From Lama guanicoe (Eukaryota), in NCBI GenBank assembly GCA_013239625.1, contig MU054323.1:19737082-19801081 (forward strand): a stretch of DNA of 64,000 nt. The letters are read 5' to 3'. A program made the translations under genes and the position numbers. The first letter of the stretch is position 1, and every line of letters begins with the position of its first letter. Below, one piece after another: positions 47,388 to 59,600 of the stretch. Under the pieces are notes generated by a model, which had not been told where the DNA came from, searched no databases, and saw only the letters and a program-made list of their open reading frames with translations.

Positions 47388-47892
47388 TAACATTTTATGG
47401 GATTGGACACAGTGGAAATGCAAAAACTGTTAAGTCTGTAGCTTGTTGAAGTTTACCAAATCAAACACCAGGTAAGCAACAAGAAACAGGGCAATAGAGG
47501 GGAGGGTAATGGCTCAGTGGTAGAGCACATGTTTAGTGTGCACAAGGTCCTGGATTCTAACCACAGTGACTCCATTAAAAAAAAAAAATAAAGATACTCC
47601 CAGCATCCCAGAAACCCCTCTCCTATTCCCTTGGAATGCCTACCCCATCACACCCACCAAAGGCTGACTTCCAACACCACTGATTAGTTTTACGTCACTT
47701 AAACTATGTCCCGTAAATGTAATCAACCCCTATAAACTCTACATCTGGCCTTTTTGCTCAATATTATTACTTGTGAGTCATCTATATTTTCACATGTATA
47801 CAACTGCAGTTCATTGATTCACAGTGCTGTATAGTATTCCTTTGTATGAATATGCCACAATTTGCCCATTCTGGGCATTTAAGTAGTTTCCA
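47388..47892 (-). mobile_element. old L1 3' end hosting a SINE
   Basis: CCAGCATCCCAGAAACCCCTCTC...GCTGTATAGTATTCCTTTGTATGAATATGCCACAATTT...GGGCATTTAAGTAGTTTCCA. Confidence 0.8.
47498..47592 (+). mobile_element. camelid tRNA-Ala-derived SINE (short form)
   Basis: GGGGGAGGGTAATGGCTCAGTGGTAGAGCACATGTTTAGTGTGCACAAGGTCCTGGATTC...CTCCATT + poly-A. Confidence 0.9.
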
Positions 47893-48979
47893 ATCACTTA
47901 CAGGTTTTTGATATCCTGTGATTTTGAGTGGCTAGATGTCAGGCTCTCGAAAAACCTCTTTGTAAAAAGTAAGGTTAGGTTTTATTACTGATGGATTTTT
48001 TTAAACAAGGATGTTGAAGCTTTCTTTACTCTAAAGCTAAAACTTCACAATCAATTTGTTTCAATATCAATAGTTGCACCTCTAATAGGAGTCCTAGAGA
48101 AATATACTTAAGTCATTTGGAGTAAATACATGGGTAAATTCTACAGGGATCCCACACCTTCTCTTGGAACCAGTCAGTTTCAAGACAATTTTGAGCTTTC
48201 AAGTTAGCAAATTATTTTATGACAAAGAGACAAAAAAGCATGATAAGAAAAACGCTTTGTATGAAATGTCCTTCATGCCAAAGAAGGGCTGGGAAGACCC
48301 TTTCAGCTGGCAAATGCTTGCCATTTTTTCCCCCAAAATATGGGAGACACAAATGTGATTTAAACAGCTAAAATAATTTTCCTTTCTTCCATTGCAGTCA
48401 TGAGGGAGCAGGGTGGAGGGAGTGACACATATAAACACAGCAAATTAATAATTTCTCTTGTTGTCAATTTCTCCATGAATTTCTCAGTTGCCACAAATGA
48501 ACATACTTATATTACTGAAAATGCCTGTGAACTCACGTGGCCCCAAATCACTGAAATTTTCATAGTTACTCCAGACTTTTTTTTTCTTAACGGATTTTTC
48601 TTTACAGAGGCTGACATTTTTAATTGCTAAAGTTATGCATTGAGAATGCTGACAACAATGGAGGAAGACTTGAGATGAGGCTGGACCAGTGATCAGGGCT
48701 CAGATTACACAGGTCTGTAAGTAAGAGGAGCTTGGATGTTCATTTACCTCTAACAATGGACTGATTTCTACATATTTAAAAGAAAAGAAATAAAATGCCC
48801 AAATACATTTTAAACTTCTTCAAATTTGTTTACTAGGCAAAGATATGCTTTCCTCTCATTATTTAAATCAATGTGGTCTTTCAAGTGTAAATTCAATCTT
48901 CTGAGAGCTTGCCACAGAAAGATTTGAGCCCCTTTTTATTTTCTCTATTTAATTAAAAATAACATCCAAGATTTATCTT

Positions 48980-49080
48980 TGGGGGAACCTGGGTGAAAGA
49001 TCTATGAGACTTCGTAAATTTTTCTGCAACTTCCTGTGAATCTATAATTTTTTCAAAACTTACAAGTTTAAAAATAAAAA
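48980..49080 (+). mobile_element. old L1 extreme 3' end
   Basis: GGGGGAACCTGGGTGAAAG...TTTTCTGCAACTTCCTGTGAATCTATAATT. Confidence 0.75.
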
Positions 49081-49989
49081 TAATAATATTAAAATAGTAA
49101 ATAACTCTGTAGGCTTGTTGTTTCATTTAGCCCTGCCTTCAGGCATCATCCAAGTGCTCACACGGCATTTTGGAGACACTGAATCTGGGAATCTTTCTTT
49201 TCCACAAGTTTATCATTCCAGAGGGCAATATAGAAACAGAGCCTCTTAAAAATATGACTCCAAATTACAGACATTTGTAGCCATTCAAGACTTAAGAGTT
49301 TGTAAAACGTCTACTTTCTTTTCATTTGAAACCTTTTTATGGGGGGGTGGGGGCGGTGGGAAAGAAGCCTTTTAGAAACTTTTCTCCCCAAAAATGAGTA
49401 CACTGAAAGGCCTGGACTTGCTCTCCATTCTGTATGCAAGTTTTGGTTTGTTTTACATCTGGGAGTAGATTTTTTTCCCCTCCATAACTACATTTCAAAC
49501 ACAAGTATGGAACTGTGTTAACTAACGTTCAATTAGTCTGAGTTTGCAATTGGCAAAGGAAGAAAAAAAATCTCTAAATACTGAGAATTTGCTAAAAATT
49601 GGCCAAAAATAGTCTCATCTTTCTGTTTGGGGGCCAGTGGCAGGGTGTGGCCTGGGGATCCCACAGAGTCCCTCAGGGGATGACCTCACTTCATTCAGTT
49701 ACTCAACAAAAGATTCTCCATCCATGTGCTAAGCACTGGGATGGGCCAGCTGCTGGGAGCACCAATTAGGTTTAGACGCCACGTTCCAGTTCTGGCCCAT
49801 GTCTTTTAGGACTGAAATTGAATGTTCTTCTACTGGTCTCTCAGTAGGAAACTCAGATTAGCAAAATTCACAGAAGCAGGTATGGAAACAAGAGTCCCAG
49901 TTTATTAAATTGACCCCTCACACCCTCAACAGGGATCAGAATATGTAAACCCCTAACCAAAACCGCCAACTGGGTGCACAAATGCAAGG

Positions 49990-50246
49990 AAGTGGTTATG
50001 AGTTGGGGACCTGCGAGTCCAACTGCCTGGGTTCGAATCCCAGCTCTCACTTACTACTTTTGTGGTGTTGGGGAAATCAATTAACCTCTGTGCCTCCATT
50101 CTGTTATCTGTCATATCCAGATAATAATAGTGAACAATCGCCTTAGTTATGGTGAAGATTAAATGAGATAATGCATTAAAGGGCTTAGAAGAATATTCCC
50201 TATGATTGTTTTCTAAGTGCTTAGAAAGTGTTCTCTATTATTATTA
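49990..50246 (+). mobile_element. near full-length MIR
   Basis: AGTGGTTATGAG...CTGCCTGGGTTCGAATCCCAGCTCTCACTTACTA...GTGAAGATTAAATGAGATAATGCA. Confidence 0.92.
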
Positions 50247-51009
50247 AGTCAAATTATTCACCAGAAGGCTGCTTGGTGAGCCTAGAATCAAAGCAAAGGA
50301 CAGATAAGAGTAAAGAGGGCAATATTTACCCTTAGCTCAGGAGACATGAGTGAAATGTCCCTCACCCCCCACAACAATGGACATCGTCTGGTCACCAGGC
50401 TGCCCATGATCTTCACATTTTATATTTCCCTCCCCTGGACCAGGCTGGAGAGGCCTGACACATCTTGCTTCTCTAAACCCCTTTTTCTGTGTGAACCACC
50501 TCTTGTCTGCTGGTCCATTTTTTCCCTTCTGTTTAGCGTTCATTAAGATTCTCCTTACCACAGTCCTACCAGACGTTACATCTCCACCCAACACCCACCC
50601 GGCCGAGTGCTGATTCAATTAGAACCACTCTCTGAGCTCCAGCTGGGGCACAAAAGTTCAGAGCCCATGTGCAGAAATCACATTACCTTCCCTATGAATC
50701 ACAACCCATCATTTCACATCGGTGTCAGCAAAATTTAAATCTTTCACTGAGAGCTACACATGCATTTCACAGTTGTAGAGTTCCTGCCTTTTTTTTTTTT
50801 TTACTGTAATTAAGTTTAGGGCACATGTATTCTTATTTTGGGTTCCATTACTTTATTTGTCTCTCACAATGGAAACTATATATATATATATGTTTGCATG
50901 TTTTTTAATTTGATAGGCAAACATGCTGAGGCAGCCCACATTAACTCCTTTGATCTCAGTTTTCTTGCTTAGGTGATTGTGGACTACTTCCATCTTGAAC
51001 ATCACGTTT

Positions 51010-51440
51010 TCAGATGACTGGCTTTGGAAATCGCCTGGCCTGGGCATATAACAGTTGACTTGACACTTTCCCTTGATTGCCAAAAGCACATTGCATTCAG
51101 TATATCTAAGATTAAATTCATAATCTTACCCCCTAAACTGGGTCTTCTTCCAGGGTCCCTCATCTGAATGATGGTACCTCTATCTATGTATCTGCACAAG
51201 CCTGGAACCTAGAGCTCATTCTTGATATTTCCTCTCCCTCCACCTGCCACACGCAAGTCATCTCAGGACTTCAGCTCCTGAACATCCCCTGAATCCATCC
51301 ACTTCTCTCCATCTCCAATGCTTTCAACCCTAGTCAAAGCCACTTTTGTTTCTGAGCTAGACTGTAACAATAGCTTCCTGACTGGTCTCTCTGCCTTCTT
51401 TCCAGATCCTCTAGTCTCTTACTGAAGACGGAGGCATGTT
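51010..51440 (+). mobile_element. L2 fragment
   Basis: AAACTGGGTCTTCTTCCAGGGTCCCTCATCT...TGAATCCATCCACTTCTCTCCATCTCCA...GACTGTAACAATAGCTTCCTGACTGGTCTC. Confidence 0.85.
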
Positions 51441-51629
51441 CTGTTTTCCAGATTGTCTAGCTGTGAATTTCTAATCATCAAATCACCAAGCTTCCTTGCT
51501 AAAGATTCTGATTCTGATGCAGCCAGTCTGTGAATTAGTATTTGGGGATCATTGGCTTCAGCTCACCAGCGCCATATGTGGCCCACTGAGAGATAGTCAA
51601 ATATGTTTCCTGCATGAATAAAGGGATGC

Positions 51630-52005
51630 GGACCCAACTGAAAATAAAGATACTTCTTGAGTCCCCAGGCTGTTCAGGCACTCGGGACACGGTCATCAAT
51701 AAAATGGACAAAAATCCCCTTTCATGGAACTTACATTCTTGTAGTAGGAGACGAACAAAACAAAAAGTAAATAAAATAGATGGAATGTTACATGGCAATA
51801 AGTGCTGTGGAAAAAAGAAAGCAAGTTGAAGGATGAGGGGATGGACGTATGGAGGGAGGGGCAGGCTGCCGTTCAGAATAGGATGGTCAGGGAGAGCCTC
51901 CCTGGGAAGGTGGCCGTTGAGTAAAGACTTGAAGGAGAGGAGAGGGAGCCATTCAGATAACCGCAGGAAGGGCTTTCCTAGATGAAGTCCAGAAGGAGCA
52001 AGCAC
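51630..52005 (-). mobile_element. L2a 3' region
   Basis: CCAGGCTGTTCAGGCACTCGGGACAC..GACAAAAATCCCCTTTCATGGAACTTACATTCT..GATGGTCAGGGAGAGCCTC. Confidence 0.85.
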
Positions 52006-52611
52006 ATTCTGCACTTCTAGCATCCTCTCCAGAAGAAAGCCATTCTCTGCAGATTCTGGGTTCCTGCCTCTAGTCCTCAACTCCAAACTGGAGAAGATAT
52101 TGCCAGTAAAATGCAGGTACTTCTCACCTCTGTGTCATGGCTCAAGGGTCCCCTCTGCCTGAAAACCTGCTCAGGACCCCTCAGCTTTGAAGTTTTACTA
52201 TCTCAGACCTTTCATACTGCACTGTATCTGGACATCCTTCTACCATAGCAACTAAGATTTTTTTTTCTAGTTTATATAATTGTCTCCCCCACTTTCCAAG
52301 ACCAGACTTCAGGCTGTATGTCTTTATCTATTGTGATATCCATAGTGCATAGCAAAGTAGGGGGCCAGAAGAGATTCTTGGTAAGTGTTAAGTGCAGGAA
52401 AAAAAAAAAAAGAGGGAGAAAGGGAGATGGGAGGAAAGAAGGAAGACCTAACCTCTTGTTAATTGCCAAGCTAGGTATTTCATAGCGGTAGATCAGCAAA
52501 CCAGGACTCCCGCCGACCAGTCCTATGGAAAGGAACATCTCATTCTTCTACCATCCTTTGGTGGTCTCTATGGACTTGCCTTCAGGCGCAGGTGAGTGAT
52601 CATAAGATATG

Positions 52612-52850
52612 GTAATAATAATAATGGCTGTCACCTGCCAGATGTACGCTCTGTGCCAGGCACTACACTAAGTCCTTTACATGCAACACAGCATGACCTC
52701 GTTTACTTCTCACGACCGCTCTATGAGGTGGAGACAATTATTACCCCTATTTCACAAGTAAGGTGTCCAGTGTCTTGCCCAAGGTGAGTGATGGAGCGAG
52801 TATTCACATCCAGGGAGTATGACACCGGAGCCCAACTGTTTAATTTCTGA
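52612..52850 (-). mobile_element. MIR SINE
   Basis: AATAATAATAATGGCT...TGTGCCAGGCACTACACTAAG...CTATGAGGTGG..ATTATTACCCCTATTTCACA..CTTGCCCAAGG. Confidence 0.88.
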
Positions 52851-54629
52851 GTCAACTGAGCAATGACTTCAAGGGGACCCAAATTCCCAGTCTGGAAGCT
52901 GGGGAGAGCAGGTGAAAAAGAGAGGAGGAAGGGTGGCCTGGGCCAGAAGAGAGTCCTGCTTCTGGAGAGGGAGGGCAGGTCTGCAGGGCAGGTAGAAGGC
53001 CAGGGCTTCAGAACCCCCACGGTCCTCTCGGGAGCTGAAAGGCTTTTCAGCAAAGCTCTACCCAGAGCAGAGATGAGGCTGAGAATCCTCTGAGGGAATT
53101 TGGGGAGGGTAGCTGAACATGAAACTGGATTGAGCAGGGATCCAAAATTCAGGACGTGCTGGGGGAGATGTGTCTCCTCAGTTGGCCACAAATGGACTGG
53201 GGGGCTCTTGGCCCTCTGGGGCTGCCCTGGAAGAAGGTCGTCAGGGCTGCCCACTGGCCAGGGCTACCTCATTACACAGCTCCTGGGGCATCATTCATAC
53301 TGGGCAGCAAGAGCTTTTTTCCACTAGGTCAACAAGCCTCAATGGAAGTCTGTTTGGTCCTTGTGTCCACAGGACTTTCTCACCTGTTCCAGAGAGTTCC
53401 TTCACCCCAGCAGCTCTGTCCTCAGCCACCTGACTCTCATCCTCCATGCCCCCACCCCCAAGAAGACCTTCCTTCCACTGGATTTTTCTACCACCCAAAG
53501 AACAAAATTTAACGATGGGGAGACTGGGGCACAGGGCCCTGGGTTGAGGGAGCAAAAACCAAAAGAGGTGAAATGGAGAGAGGTGAGGGGTCCAGCTTGA
53601 GCCCAGGCAGGGCCTCTGATTCTGGAAGCTCTGGAGAAACTTGACACCAAGGCCAGGTCCTGAGCCAGGGCGGGGGAGGGAGTAAACCATCTTCCCGGAG
53701 CAGGAAGTGAGGGAGAGAGAGTGAGAGTGCGCTGGAGAAGCTCTGTTTTCTTTGGCCTCTGCCAGCCCCCGGGGGGGAGAGGGAGGAAGGCCAAAGGGAG
53801 GAGGATGGGGCCAGGGGAAAGATCCGTCTTTGTGTCCTCCCCTCCCCCAGGAGGTGGAGGCTGGAGCAGGGGAGGGGGGAGGATGGAGGGCACCCAGGCC
53901 AAGCCAGCGTTTCTTCCTGCCTGCTCCCTGTGAGATGTGCAAGGGAGCTGGGGCCACAGACTCCTGGGACCAGAGGCCAGTCAGGTGAGAATGTGGGGTG
54001 TGGGGAGGAGTTGGAGGGCTGGAGGCGAGAGGACAGAGTGTTAGTGTGTTGGAGGGAGGGGACCAGCCCCAAAGCACAACCTGGACACTCTGGCCCTGTG
54101 TTCTCTCCAGCCTTGATCTCCTGGGGCTCCCCCGAAAAGGCCTTGACCTTGTGCACTGCTCTCTTCACCAAAAAGAGCTGGGGCAGGGAGGTGGGGGGAG
54201 TGGTGGTGGTGGTCCTCCTGGGAAAAGCTCTGCGCTTAGGCAGGCCAGGGTACCCCCTCAGGAAGCCAGAACTGCAGAGCCCCAGTGTGTCTCCTGAGTA
54301 TGTGTTGGGATGTAGACAGAGGGAGTCATTCTACTCCAAACTGAAAGGCCTCCTCAGGGCAACTCACATACACCCTAACTGTCATTCTCCCAGTGACTTG
54401 CATCCCAACTGGCATCCTAACCCCAGATTCAGCGTGAACACCCAGCCCTCACCGGGACCCCAAAACAGTCTCAATCCAAACACTATGCAAAATTGCTGAA
54501 CTTAACCCCATATCTTCATCCTCATCCAAAGACTTAACTGTGGTCCCAACTCCAGACTCTTACCCTGATCTGTGTAAATCAGAAGCTCGACCAGCCCAGA
54601 GGTGTCTGCTGTGGAGTGGGAATTCGCAA

Positions 54630-54800
54630 ACAGTAAGAGCTAACGGGCACAGAGCTTTTACCAGGTGTTGGGCGCTGTAACAGGTTCTTTCTATTTATAA
54701 TACCAACCCTGTGCCTTAGCATTACTGTCACTACCTTTTTTTTTTTTTTTCAGATAAGAAAACTGAGCCTCAGAAAGATTAGGCTAGTTACTCAGGTAAA
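54630..54800 (-). mobile_element. MIR fragment with internal poly-T
   Basis: TTTCAGATAAGAAAACTGAGCCTCAGAAAGATTA. Confidence 0.7.
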
Positions 54801-57744
54801 GTGCCACCAGCCCTGGATGTGACTGCTCCCATCAGCAACATCTCACAGGGTGAGTGTGAGGGCTCCACTGGGATGTCTGCTGTCTGCATGAGGAACCTTA
54901 TGGCTGCTCTGGAAGCCAAACCAACCTCCATCAGATGAGCTCCAAATGGTGTCTCTGCTCAGCTATCGAATGAGAGTTGGCTCTGAGGTCACAGAGCCTG
55001 GAAGCCCAATGCAGAGTGACACAAGGACCACAGCATAGATAGGAAGGATCTGATTCAGGAAAACAGCCCCTATACTGTGGGGTCTCCCAGCTCAGCAGAA
55101 CCACTAAGGACACCAGCATCACACCCGCCACCCCACCACTTTGGAGGTGCTCTTCCCAATCTGCCAAATCTAACCTGGGCTCAGCTAATATTCTGATTCA
55201 TCCTGGGGAGTGTGCTAGGCCAAATGCCATTCTAAATCACAAGGTCCTTCCAGAACACAATGAGGGGAGTCCTCGGTCAGGACAGGGAGGACAACCTAAG
55301 CACAGAGGATTCTCCCTGACACACACACTTACAGAGGGGCTTGTTCATACTCTCACTGTCCCATTCAGGACCTCTCCAGTTTCTTTTCTCTGCCCCAAAC
55401 CTTACGTCTTCTCTAGTCCAGTGAGAGAAGCCCATGAGGGGTCTACCTTCCTCATCCTAGAGGACCTCACTCAGGTGGGCACTGGCCTGCAAAGTTCCCA
55501 GGACATCAGCAGGTGTGGGCCAGACCAGAGGGAAGGTATGGCTTTCTGAAGTCCTCTATCCCTTCCTGGGTCAGGTTTCGTGTCCAGGTTTTTACAGCCA
55601 GGGTGTCTGTCTAACCAGGAAGGACCACAGCCAGAAATGCTCCATGTGTCCCACTCCCACCACTCCCCATCAGTCCTGAAAAGGCAACCCAGCTAGGGGA
55701 CCCTGGCCACAAAAAACCTGAGCAGAATCCAGCTGAAAGATGCAGCCTATGGCCCAAGGTACTCTGGCTTAAAAGCCTGAAGTATCCTCTCCTGGATACT
55801 CCTGGCCTCTAAGCACAGAACGTCTTGACCACACAACCCTTGCCCCTAGTGTTGCGTTTGACATTGCCTAGGTCCTTTCCAAACCAGCCCAGGGGTCCCT
55901 AAGATAGCCCAGGGGATCCCCTAAAGCCACCTGTGCCCACTACCATCTTATTCTCCCCACAGACATACTTATCTCCCTCTCAAGTGCAATGTGTATGTTC
56001 TTCCTTTCCTGCCACCATCCCATTTGTCATTTGGGAACCATACTGAGCTCAGTAACAATACTAAATATGATCATCTCCTGGAGGAAGAGGGGCAAGTGGC
56101 ATAGGCAGAGTAAAGCTGGGTGGTGGTGGGAGGCCTGGGGACGGAGGTGCGAGGCTCTGACAGGATAGATAGCTCCCCAGCTGGCCCTGCCCGGAACCGA
56201 AAAGCCTGGAATCCATGACCCCAGAGAGGTGAGGGCCATCAGAACAGCTCCTCTCGGCCTGGTGACCTGGAGTCCCCTCCCCGCCCTCCCCTGGAAGCTG
56301 ACAGCTCCTGGGGCTGGGAACCCATCACCAACAGATCCCCTCCAGATTCCACAGATGCAGATTAAAGTCAGAAGAGAAACAACCCGCGCCGAGAGGGGCG
56401 GATACAGATGTGGCCATCAGAGCCCCAGATGTGGCTCAGCCATGGCGGCCGCCAGGACTGCTGTGGCTGTGAACAGGAATGTAGACCCAGATGGGGATGG
56501 GGACGGGGACCAGAGGAGGGGACAATGCACACAGTTGCTTTCTGGGCTCCAGGAAGGCTGCAGCTCTGAGGAGAGAGGTCTAGTGGCTGACTTCATGAAA
56601 AGGCTCAGCCTGGTCCAGGAGAAAATAGATTTCTGCGTATGAATATGCCACCCTCATCCACTCCAAGTCTCAGCACCCTCATTCTACCCTCTCCTCTAAC
56701 TCCTGCTGCCCTTCCTCAGCTCAGCCTCCAGCCACAGAATCAGCTCCATTGGGACCCTTCTCTGTGGGGGGCCCTGGGGCTCTCCTTGGGTACCTCCTGC
56801 CAGGGAGGGGAGGGCAGTAACGCTGCTGCTGCCTCTGCCTCCGGGAAATGGAGGAAAATGTCAGTGTCAGCCCGGCAGGTCAGCCTCTGTCCTAAGCCCT
56901 GCTAATACCCAGAATTCCAGGTGCCATAAAGATGAAGGAGCCCACGGCCCAGGTCAGGGCCCCCTGCACATAAACACCCCAATGATAAATCTCCCTACGC
57001 CGTCACTCCTGAGGCCCATTTACTTCCCACTTTGTTTTGAATTTTCATCTCAAGAGAAGTTTGCAAATCACTAACAGCAGGAATTTTCCAGAGGTTGCAG
57101 AATATAATCAGTGCCTTCTCAACCTGGCTACTCTGACAGAGCACTACAGGGAGCCACCCACCAATGAACGGAGGAGGCAGGAGGCTGGAGGCAGCCAGCA
57201 GAGTCTGGGTGGGAAGACCCAGGAGGCCACGGAGGACCACCTGGCCCGGCCCCCGCCCTTGGGTGAGCTTGGCTTGTACCTCAGCCAGCCCCCATCCGGT
57301 CCTGTTTATGCCAATAAGGAGACCAGCCCACGCTCAAGCTATTCCGGGAGGATTAGCTATCTCAACAGGGAACATCTCTCCCAGGCCAGGAAGTTTTTCT
57401 TTAAATATATCCAAAACCCCTCCCATTGCAGGATCAGCCAGTGCCTTTGGTCAGGCCTCAGGGGAGGGCAGGTGGAGGAATACAGCAGTCACTGTCCTCT
57501 CTTAAGGAGCCAGAGTCGCAGCACCGGGATTGCTACGCTCCCCCACCCCCACCCCACCCACTGTGCTTCTGCAGAGTGCAGCTCCGGGATCCACTGACCG
57601 CTGAGTGCAAATTATAGGACTGGAGTTTAGTGTCACCTTGACCCTTCGATGATCTCTAGGGATGACCTACTGCATTTACCACAGGAAGCAAAAGCTCTTT
57701 TGGAAAAATTCACCCCCTTCTTTCAGCCTCCTCCAAAGGGCCAA

Positions 57745-57955
57745 ACTAATATTTGCTGAGTGCCTACCATGAGCTTCACCTGCTGGAACACATCTAATTT
57801 CATCTTTACAGCTCTATAAGTGTAGAAATACCATCATCCTCTTGAGCACAAGGGAATAGAAAAATTCCCCTGAGGTCACAGAGCTACTCGACAACAGGGC
57901 AGGGCCAGGACTCGAGCCCAGGTCTGAGTCGTCAACCTGTGCTTTCTCCTCCACC
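57745..57955 (-). mobile_element. MIR SINE
   Basis: CTAATATTTGCTGAGTGCCTACCATG...GAGGTCACAGAGCTA...GGACTCGAGCCCAGGTCTG. Confidence 0.8.
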
Positions 57956-59364
57956 TCACACTCCACCTGAGAGAGGGGAGGCTGGACCCTGAGCACGGGG
58001 AGGTAAGGGACGGAGGAGATGCAGGCAGCACTTCCCTCACAGGCACGCTCCAGCTGTGACTCACCTGACTGCCTTCCTGACAGGTAAGCATCCGGTTTCA
58101 CACCTGGGCTCACATCTTCCCACAGCCCAGGCACAGGATTCCCGGCAGCTCAGCCAGACCGAGGGGTAGCCAGAATCATTGCTTCCCCCTCCTTCACCAG
58201 AGGAGACTCAGTTAAGCTTTCAGAGCTCCACCTGAAATTATAGACCCATAAGGATTCTCAGTGTCAGATGGGTATAAATCAAGGCAGACTCACTCCCGGG
58301 AAGAGGAGAGATCGTGGCCTGTTTTGTAAAGAAGTGAAACCCTTTGTGCAGAAAGGAGGGAGAAGAAAGCCCCTGAACAGTGAAGGGATGGATCGAAGTT
58401 TGGAGAAGTGGGCCCACCACTGTGGGAAGGGGGTGGGGGCACCAAGAATGACACACACAACGTGGGGCTCAGTAGCCATCTGCGGTTCTCCCATCCAGAG
58501 CTCAGAATCCTGGGCCCGAGGGGGCCCGCAGCAGCCCTCCTCATGCGGTCTACTCTGCATTCCTCACATTCTTTACGCTCAATTAAGGAGAAATAATCAG
58601 GGGAGCAAGCAAGTCCGCAGCAGGGCAGCCATCCCCATACTGGCGGCATCACGTGTGCGGAAACTGCTCCCCCCCACCCCTGGTCAAGCCAAACCGGGGC
58701 TGGGACCAAGGGGCCTTTAGGGGATGAGGATGGCAAGTGGTGAGGACCAGGGTGTCCCTCTGTGCTCCACTGAGACAAAACAGGGTGAAGGAAGTAGGAA
58801 GTGGGGTGGGCGCAGGAAAGAAAAGGAGACAGAAGACCAGGTCAGAGCAGTGGGGAGGTGTGCAGCCAGAAGCCCTCAGCCATCCATTTCTTAACCGGGC
58901 TATTGCTCTAAGGCGATCACAGTACTGTGTCACCATCACCGTCCACCACCAAGAGCCCTAGAGACGCTCTTGGATGCTTAGAGCGTTCTCGCCTTCATCA
59001 CTTAGTGGCATGTCATGAGAAGAGTACCACTCTGTGGGCTTTAAAATACACCATCTGTAATCGGCAGGGGCCTGCCATTCTGGACCCTCGGAGAGCATGC
59101 ATGTTATTTCCTCTGCTTAAACCCCATAGGCCCAGCCAGCCAAGCAAACTCCACTCCCCCAAGCCTCTATCCCAGGGCTGCCTCCAGCCCCCACTCCCAA
59201 CCCTATCCCCACAAAGCTTTCCCTGGCATCTCCGGCAGACCCAGGGCCTCCTCTGGGCCCCTTCTTCATCCAGTGCATGTAACCAGAATGGATCTCACGC
59301 TGTTCTGTAGCTTCAGGTGTGTACGTCTCTACCTCCACTGGAGCGAGTAACAACCAAACGATCG

Positions 59365-59600
59365 TCATTACTTACTGAGCGTGTTCTATGTGCCACACAC
59401 TGTGTTAGCACTTGACAGACCATGTCATTTAATCCTCTTAACATCCCTAGCGATTATTATTATTATTATCCCCAATTTACCCATGAGGAAGTTGAGACTT
59501 AGAAAGGTTAAGTAACTTGTCCAAAGTGACCCAGCTAATAAATCAAGGAGGGGGAGCTTGAACACAGCATCGTAAAACGCCCAAAGCCATGCTATTTATC
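59365..59600 (-). mobile_element. MIR SINE (inserted in an L2 3' fragment)
   Basis: CATTTAATCCTCTTAACATCCCTA..ATTATTATCCCCAATTTAC..ATGAGGAAGTTGAGACTTAGAAAGGTTAAGTAACTTGTCCAAAG. Confidence 0.9.

Noticed and set aside
2241..47592. Apparent tRNA-Ala genes at 2241, 12598, 26373, 32251, 37584 and 47498
   Set aside because: A-rich tails, TSDs at several copies, and substitutions that break stems or boxes identify them as SINE copies, not tRNA genes
51535..52086. 183-aa minus-strand ORF
   Set aside because: Lies almost wholly within an L2 3' fragment
53295..54499. ORFs of 166-260 aa on both strands
   Set aside because: Pro/Ser/Gly-rich translations expected from GC-skewed low-complexity DNA; mutually overlapping and with no recognisable domain
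57037..57597. 186-aa ORF
   Set aside because: Non-ATG start, no recognisable domain or clear exon boundaries; cannot be supported without a homology search
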